Source of the DNA: Patescibacteria group bacterium
GTDB taxonomy: Bacteria; Patescibacteriota; Microgenomatia; Daviesbacterales; UBA10151
Assembly (NCBI GenBank): GCA_038064895.1
Contig: JBBTSA010000005.1
Coordinates: forward strand, 1-50,095
Direction: 5' to 3'
Length of the DNA: 50,095 bases
The notes below the pieces were generated by a model. That model searched no databases, was not told the origin of the DNA, and saw nothing but the letters and a program-made list of their open reading frames with translations. Within the stretch, counting starts at the first letter, position 1. Each line of letters opens with the position of its first letter. This document shows positions 45,863-50,095 of this stretch, piece after piece. The translations under genes and the position numbers were made by a program.

Positions 45863-46576
45863 ATGAGGATGACAAACTGGATTCTGGACATTCTTTTCCC
45901 AAAAAAATGTGTTGGTTGCGGGAAGTTTGAAACATACTTTTGCAAGGAATGTGTAGACAACCTTAAACAGGGGGAGCTTGTTTGTCCAAGGTGTGAGCAT
46001 CTTGCAGTTGGAGGACAAACTCATCCTATTTGTAGGCGCAGACTCGGTCTGGATGGACTGTGGAGTCTGGGGGTTTATGAGGGGGTACTTAAAAAAGCTA
46101 TCCAAAAGCTAAAATATGAGCCTTCTTTGGTTAGGGATTATGCTCCGGATTTAATGGATATTTTCATAGAATATTGGGCCATATTCCAGCCTTTTATCTT
46201 GGATCAAATTAAAAAGGACAGAGGAGAAGGATGGGTAGTTGTACCCGTACCACTGCACTGGTATAGAGAAAATGAAAGGGGTTTTAATCAGGCAAAACTT
46301 TTAGGACAAATATTATCCAAAAAATTAGGTTTAGCTTATTGTGAGGGTTTAAAACGAACTCGTTATACAAAGTCTCAAGTAAGGCTTTCAGAAAAACAAA
46401 GACGAAAAAATATTTTCGGTGCTTTTGAAATTTCTTCTGACTATACCCTATCCCCTAAACCCTATACCCTATTAATTGATGATGTTTGGACAACAGGTTC
46501 AACCTTAAGGGAGTGTTGTTACATCTTAAAAAGAGCAGGAGCTAAAAAAGTCTGGGCCCTCACTTTAGCTAGATAG
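45863..46576 (+). CDS. comF: ComF family protein
   Basis: LFPKKCVGC double Zn ribbon, VPVPLH...RGFNQ, LIDDVWTTGSTL. Confidence 0.95.
   Translation: MRMTNWILDILFPKKCVGCGKFETYFCKECVDNLKQGELVCPRCEHLAVGGQTHPICRRRLGLDGLWSLGVYEGVLKKAIQKLKYEPSLVRDYAPDLMDIFIEYWAIFQPFILDQIKKDRGEGWVVVPVPLHWYRENERGFNQAKLLGQILSKKLGLAYCEGLKRTRYTKSQVRLSEKQRRKNIFGAFEISSDYTLSPKPYTLLIDDVWTTGSTLRECCYILKRAGAKKVWALTLAR
46441..46470 (+). repeat. Degenerate CTATACC heptamer tract, in frame in comF
   Basis: ctatacc ctatccc ctaaacc ctatacc = YTLSPKPYTL. Confidence 0.8.
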
Positions 46577-46613
46577 CATAGGATCTTATTTAATGTTAAA
46601 ATTTAGGCTGGTT

Positions 46614-46699
46614 GGTGGGTTGTCTGAGTGGTTTAAAGAGGAAGTTCGCTAAACTTCTGGCGCGTAAGCGTCACACAGGTTCGAATCCTGTACCCACCG
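46614..46699 (+). tRNA. tRNA-Ser(GCT), CCA not encoded
   Basis: GGTGGGT/ACCCACC-G acceptor, long variable arm, GGTTCGAATCC; anticodon loop TC-GCT-AA. Confidence 0.88.
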
Positions 46700-48282
46700 C
46701 ATACGGAGGCGTGTCCGAGCGGTTTATGGAGACAGTCTTGAAAACTGTTGGGGATGAAAGTCCCTCGCAGGTTCGAATCCTGCCGCCTCCGCAGGTCAGA
46801 ACGATAAGTAGGTTTTAGCAGCACATCGTAAGGCTTTTGGTACGTCCAGACAAGCTTCTCGTCTTTTAGCAAGACGTTCCAACCGATCTTTGCAACTGCT
46901 TTACGTTTTGCCTCCAAATCATCACTATTTAACATCTCCCGAGCCTGATAGGCTGTTGTAAAGAAGTCCTCGGCAAGTTCCAACCAGGAGCGTTGTCCGT
47001 TTATTCCGTCATCTATTTTTTCTTTTAATTTTGCCTGTTCATCAAAGATAGCCTTTTTCTTATTTGTAAACTCATCAGCAGTCATCTCCTCCCGAGCGCG
47101 CATCTTAAAATAGCCATCAAGCTCACCTTGCAACCTTTGATACTGCCTTTGCCGGCTTTCTACCACCTGCGCCCGTTGTTTTGACTCTGATTCATACTTG
47201 GCATTGAGCAATTCAATACCTAAACGCCATGTCTCCTCATCAATTGTCACCGGAGCAATCTTGTCATCTAATTGATGTTCGAGTTCAGCAAGATCTATCC
47301 CCTTTTGAGTACACTTACTACACCTTTTGCTTGAACGGGCATAAGTATATTCTGCCCACCGGTCAGTCTTCTTATAATACTTTCGCTTAGTTTCAAAGAT
47401 GATTGAAGCACCGCAGCCACAGCCGCATTTCAAAAGCGCAGCATATGGCCAGTCGTTCACAATCTTCTTAGGCTTTGCCTTATTGTGTAAGACTATCTGT
47501 AGATCATCAAAGAGGCGTTTTGAGATAAGCGGTTCGTATGTTCCATTGTGCAGTTCGCCTGCGTGTTCATAAACACCATAATATATTGGATTTTGCAGGA
47601 TCCGGTGCAAATGTGATTTACTAACAGGCTTACCTTTACGGGTTCTAAGTCCCCAGGTGAATATTGCATCAGTCATTTTACCAAGTGAGTAATTGCCGGT
47701 TGAGTACTCGTTAAAGACCCTTATAACCAAGTCTTGACGCTCCGGATCAGGGGAGATATTAGTTACTCCGTTTACCTTGGTATTGGTATAGCCAATAGGA
47801 GCGTAGTTTGGATATTCTCCACGCTCATATTTTTGCCTAATACCACGCCTGACATTATCTGATAGATCGTCTGAAAACTTCTTAGCCATTCCAAACTCCA
47901 AAGCCATAAAAAACTTATCATCCCCGTTATTCTTATATTGCTTGTGGGGTGTATCTACCTGTTTAATCTTCCCTTCATCCATAAACCAGACAAAATCGCC
48001 TCCATCTTTAGAGTTTCTGGCTATACGGTTGATCTGCCAAACCAGCACAGAGTTAGCCTCACCTGTTTCGATCCTATTCATCATCTTGTTAAACACTTCC
48101 CGCCCTGGTTTGCTGGCTGATTTACTTTCAATCAAGGTATCTATTAGGTGGAGATTGCACTTCTCGGCATAATCTTTTAGCTCCCGAACCTGAGCCTCCA
48201 AAGATAATACCTGTCTGTCCTCATCCTCTTCAGACTTTCTACAGTAGATAAAATATTTTAATTGCTCGCCGTTTATATTCAT
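46633..48282 (-). CDS. Large serine recombinase (integrase)
   Basis: YCRKS catalytic Ser, Q..RIARN, LSDNVRRG, APIGY, L.NP.YYG, Zn ribbon, coiled coil. Confidence 0.93.
   Translation of the reverse strand: MNINGEQLKYFIYCRKSEEDEDRQVLSLEAQVRELKDYAEKCNLHLIDTLIESKSASKPGREVFNKMMNRIETGEANSVLVWQINRIARNSKDGGDFVWFMDEGKIKQVDTPHKQYKNNGDDKFFMALEFGMAKKFSDDLSDNVRRGIRQKYERGEYPNYAPIGYTNTKVNGVTNISPDPERQDLVIRVFNEYSTGNYSLGKMTDAIFTWGLRTRKGKPVSKSHLHRILQNPIYYGVYEHAGELHNGTYEPLISKRLFDDLQIVLHNKAKPKKIVNDWPYAALLKCGCGCGASIIFETKRKYYKKTDRWAEYTYARSSKRCSKCTQKGIDLAELEHQLDDKIAPVTIDEETWRLGIELLNAKYESESKQRAQVVESRQRQYQRLQGELDGYFKMRAREEMTADEFTNKKKAIFDEQAKLKEKIDDGINGQRSWLELAEDFFTTAYQAREMLNSDDLEAKRKAVAKIGWNVLLKDEKLVWTYQKPYDVLLKPTYRSDLRRRQDSNLRGTFIPNSFQDCLHKPLGHASVCGGYRIRTCVTLTRQKFSELPL
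46705..46791 (+). tRNA. tRNA-Ser(TGA), CCA not encoded
   Basis: GGAGGCG/CGCCTCC-G acceptor; ACAGT-CT-TGA-AA-ACTGT; long variable arm. Confidence 0.95.
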
Positions 48283-48389
48283 CTTAATTTAACTTAAGTA
48301 TAGTTACTCCTTACTGGATACTAACTCTTGTTACTATATTGATACCAGTAACTATAGTGACTATATAGTTATTTATTGTTACTATGCGA

Positions 48390-48749
48390 TTAAATCGGTA
48401 TCGCGTCCATGTTAACATCTTCTACCGATAGTATTCCTCTTACTTCGCCGGTTAGCTTGCAGTACAAATCAATGGTGTAATCACAAAGCCTTTTAAACAG
48501 CTGTTTATCTTCAATAAACATGACTTTAATATAACCACGCCCGGTCTTAATCGCTGGGGGATCGTAACTTAATATGAGCTTATTGTGTTCCCCAAAAGGT
48601 TTCTCGCGGATAGTGCCTCCGTATATCTTAATCATGCCTAAGTCTATTCGGAATATCCAGGTAACAAAGGCCTTGATATTGTCTTGGCGTATGACCGGTT
48701 TTATTTCAGCTGAGAACCCGGTTAGATTAATATTAAGTTCAAGGTCCAT
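48390..48749 (-). CDS. Hypothetical protein, possibly nucleic-acid binding
   Basis: Beta-rich, IKAFVT...IKIYG..I; acidic tail EDVNMDAIPI resembles SSB tails. Confidence 0.6.
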   Translation of the reverse strand: MDLELNINLTGFSAEIKPVIRQDNIKAFVTWIFRIDLGMIKIYGGTIREKPFGEHNKLILSYDPPAIKTGRGYIKVMFIEDKQLFKRLCDYTIDLYCKLTGEVRGILSVEDVNMDAIPI

Positions 48750-48903
48750 ATTTTTGTTTCCATTTCATCTTCAAAAAGGCCTCCATCAGATCTGTCAGGT
48801 TCTCGGCTATCTCAAGTACCTCATCATCAGTTAAGGATCTTTTATAACGAGGCTCAAAAATCTTCCTAATCTCTTTTTTAAGATCTTCATTTAGCCAATT
48901 CAT
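48739..48903 (-). CDS. Small hypothetical protein (54 aa, not in ORF track)
   Basis: MNWLNEDLKKEIRKIFEPRYKRSLTDDEVLEIAENLTDLMEAFLKMKWKQKYGP*; overlaps both neighbours. Confidence 0.7.
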   Translation of the reverse strand: MNWLNEDLKKEIRKIFEPRYKRSLTDDEVLEIAENLTDLMEAFLKMKWKQKYGP

Positions 48904-49147
48904 AGATTCTGGATTTCAAATATCGTTGAGCTTCAAAAAAGGCGATTGGTTCTATGAAGAGTTTTCTTTGCCAAAAATTGTTGACTGCTTCATCTAAACT
49001 TTCACTACGTTTAAATATAAAAACAGTCCTTTGGGGATTAGTTTTGTCCAAAGAATCCAAAGAGAAGTTTAAACAGATCAATGCCGCACAAAGAGATAGT
49101 TCGCTTGTAGCAAAGTATCTCTGCTCGTAATTTAAATTGCTGTTCAT
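48887..49147 (-). CDS. DUF5659-like small protein
   Basis: FATSEL.LCAAL...F.L..LDK.NP.R..FIF...FW...L.IEP..FF...R.LKSRIY. Confidence 0.7.
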   Translation of the reverse strand: MNSNLNYEQRYFATSELSLCAALICLNFSLDSLDKTNPQRTVFIFKRSESLDEAVNNFWQRKLFIEPIAFFEAQRYLKSRIYELAK

Positions 49148-49248
49148 AGTAATCTGTACGCCATGAACAGCGTAAATCTAAACGGAGATATCGTTGCAAC
49201 ATGTAGTTTCAATGAGATTTAGCTTCAACGATAGTCCAGTTTCAGAAA

Positions 49249-49965
49249 CTAAACGTTACGTTTTGGGTAAGGATGTAGTCTATATGCGCCTCCAAAATAG
49301 TCACCCTTAGATTCTACTGTGATAAGGTGCGAGTATCCCTTATTGCGAATTTTTGCCTTGATTTGATTGAGTTTAGTTCTGACTTGACCGGCATTTTCTC
49401 CTGTAAGGCCTGCCATATCAACAACTTTTACCCAATCTTTTTCATCAGTCATCTTCTTAAAATAAGTTTTAGTTTTATTATCCTCCTTGGCCATAAATGT
49501 GATCCGTCCTTCTCCGGCAAGATCGTACGTATTCTCATCTATCCACTTAAAATTATCCGGCCATGTAATATTGTCTGTAACTGGAGCTTCTATTGCTTCA
49601 TCATTATCTTTATTTTTCTCCATTCGTTTATGAATAGAGTTCAGTTGTTTCTGCGCTTTGTCAAACATTTCCTTGTTTACTACAATCCTGACTTTATCCT
49701 CCCAAGTGTTAAAATGCGCCTTGTATAACTGATATGCAGAAATAGCACCTATTTCTTTAAGGTAATTTATGGCTTCCAATCTGTCCTGGCAGTACCTTTC
49801 TTTAGAAAATGGGGTATCTTCAGGAAAAAGCTTGGGGAACCGAATTCTAGATGGAAACAGATCAATTGTTATGTCGTTTGTAGCAGAGAGCTGAAGTTTA
49901 TCCTGTATATCGAGTAGTACATCATAAACCTTTAAAAAATTTAATCCTTCCAGCTTAATCTTCAT
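49249..49965 (-). CDS. Hypothetical protein with possible C-terminal winged-HTH
   Basis: DWVKVVDMAGLTGENAGQVRTKLNQIKAKI...GAYRL. Confidence 0.65.
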   Translation of the reverse strand: MKIKLEGLNFLKVYDVLLDIQDKLQLSATNDITIDLFPSRIRFPKLFPEDTPFSKERYCQDRLEAINYLKEIGAISAYQLYKAHFNTWEDKVRIVVNKEMFDKAQKQLNSIHKRMEKNKDNDEAIEAPVTDNITWPDNFKWIDENTYDLAGEGRITFMAKEDNKTKTYFKKMTDEKDWVKVVDMAGLTGENAGQVRTKLNQIKAKIRNKGYSHLITVESKGDYFGGAYRLHPYPKRNV

Positions 49966-50095
49966 TTTAATCTTAATAAATTCTTACACTCAACTATTAT
50001 ATAAGATAAATCCCTCTGTTATAAGCAGCTTAACAAAGATAAAGTTTCAAGCTAGCTTATAAACTAAGTTTTTGCTAAAATTAACACTAGATGTA

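Larger units (their letters stand above)
46792..50095 (-). mobile_element. Left part of an integrative element at tRNA-Ser
   Basis: Integrase abuts the tRNA 3' end and is followed by small co-oriented element-type ORFs; the other boundary is outside the window. Confidence 0.75.

Noticed and set aside
46612-46818. 68-aa plus-strand ORF
   Set aside because: It coincides with the two tRNA-Ser genes.
81-49728. Numerous 60-130 aa ORFs antisense or out of frame to long genes (e.g. 3042, 5001, 8188, 11823, 24298, 34349, 49327)
   Set aside because: Shadow ORFs inside well-supported genes, with no recognisable motifs.

Overview
AT-rich bacterial chromosome segment. Gene content and order point to Patescibacteria (CPR), probably Microgenomates; this is inferred, not searched. 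The window spans the replication origin (jag-yidC-yidD-rnpA-rpmH ... dnaA-oriC-dnaN) and housekeeping genes (thpR, tsaD, valS, rplY, rnhA, smpB, comF). It also holds a chromosomal T4SS-like locus (six VirB2-like pilins, VirB6-like, PrgI, VirB4, a lysozyme/M23 wall hydrolase, Ig-like proteins and a lipase-like gene), two TA modules, a tmRNA, two tRNA-Ser genes, and the left end of a serine-recombinase element at the tRNAs. The most unusual signal is a layer of small-scale DNA traffic below gene level. (1) Accessory cassettes are bounded by 38-39 bp imperfect direct repeats that rebuild a host gene end or promoter. (2) Hollowed-out relic genes (Fic, two four-helix-bundle genes) keep only their ends. 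(3) About ten palindromic REP-like elements sit in frame inside conserved proteins. (4) 7-nt microsatellites are translated into signal peptides and flank the four-helix-bundle relics. Many genes appear leaderless.
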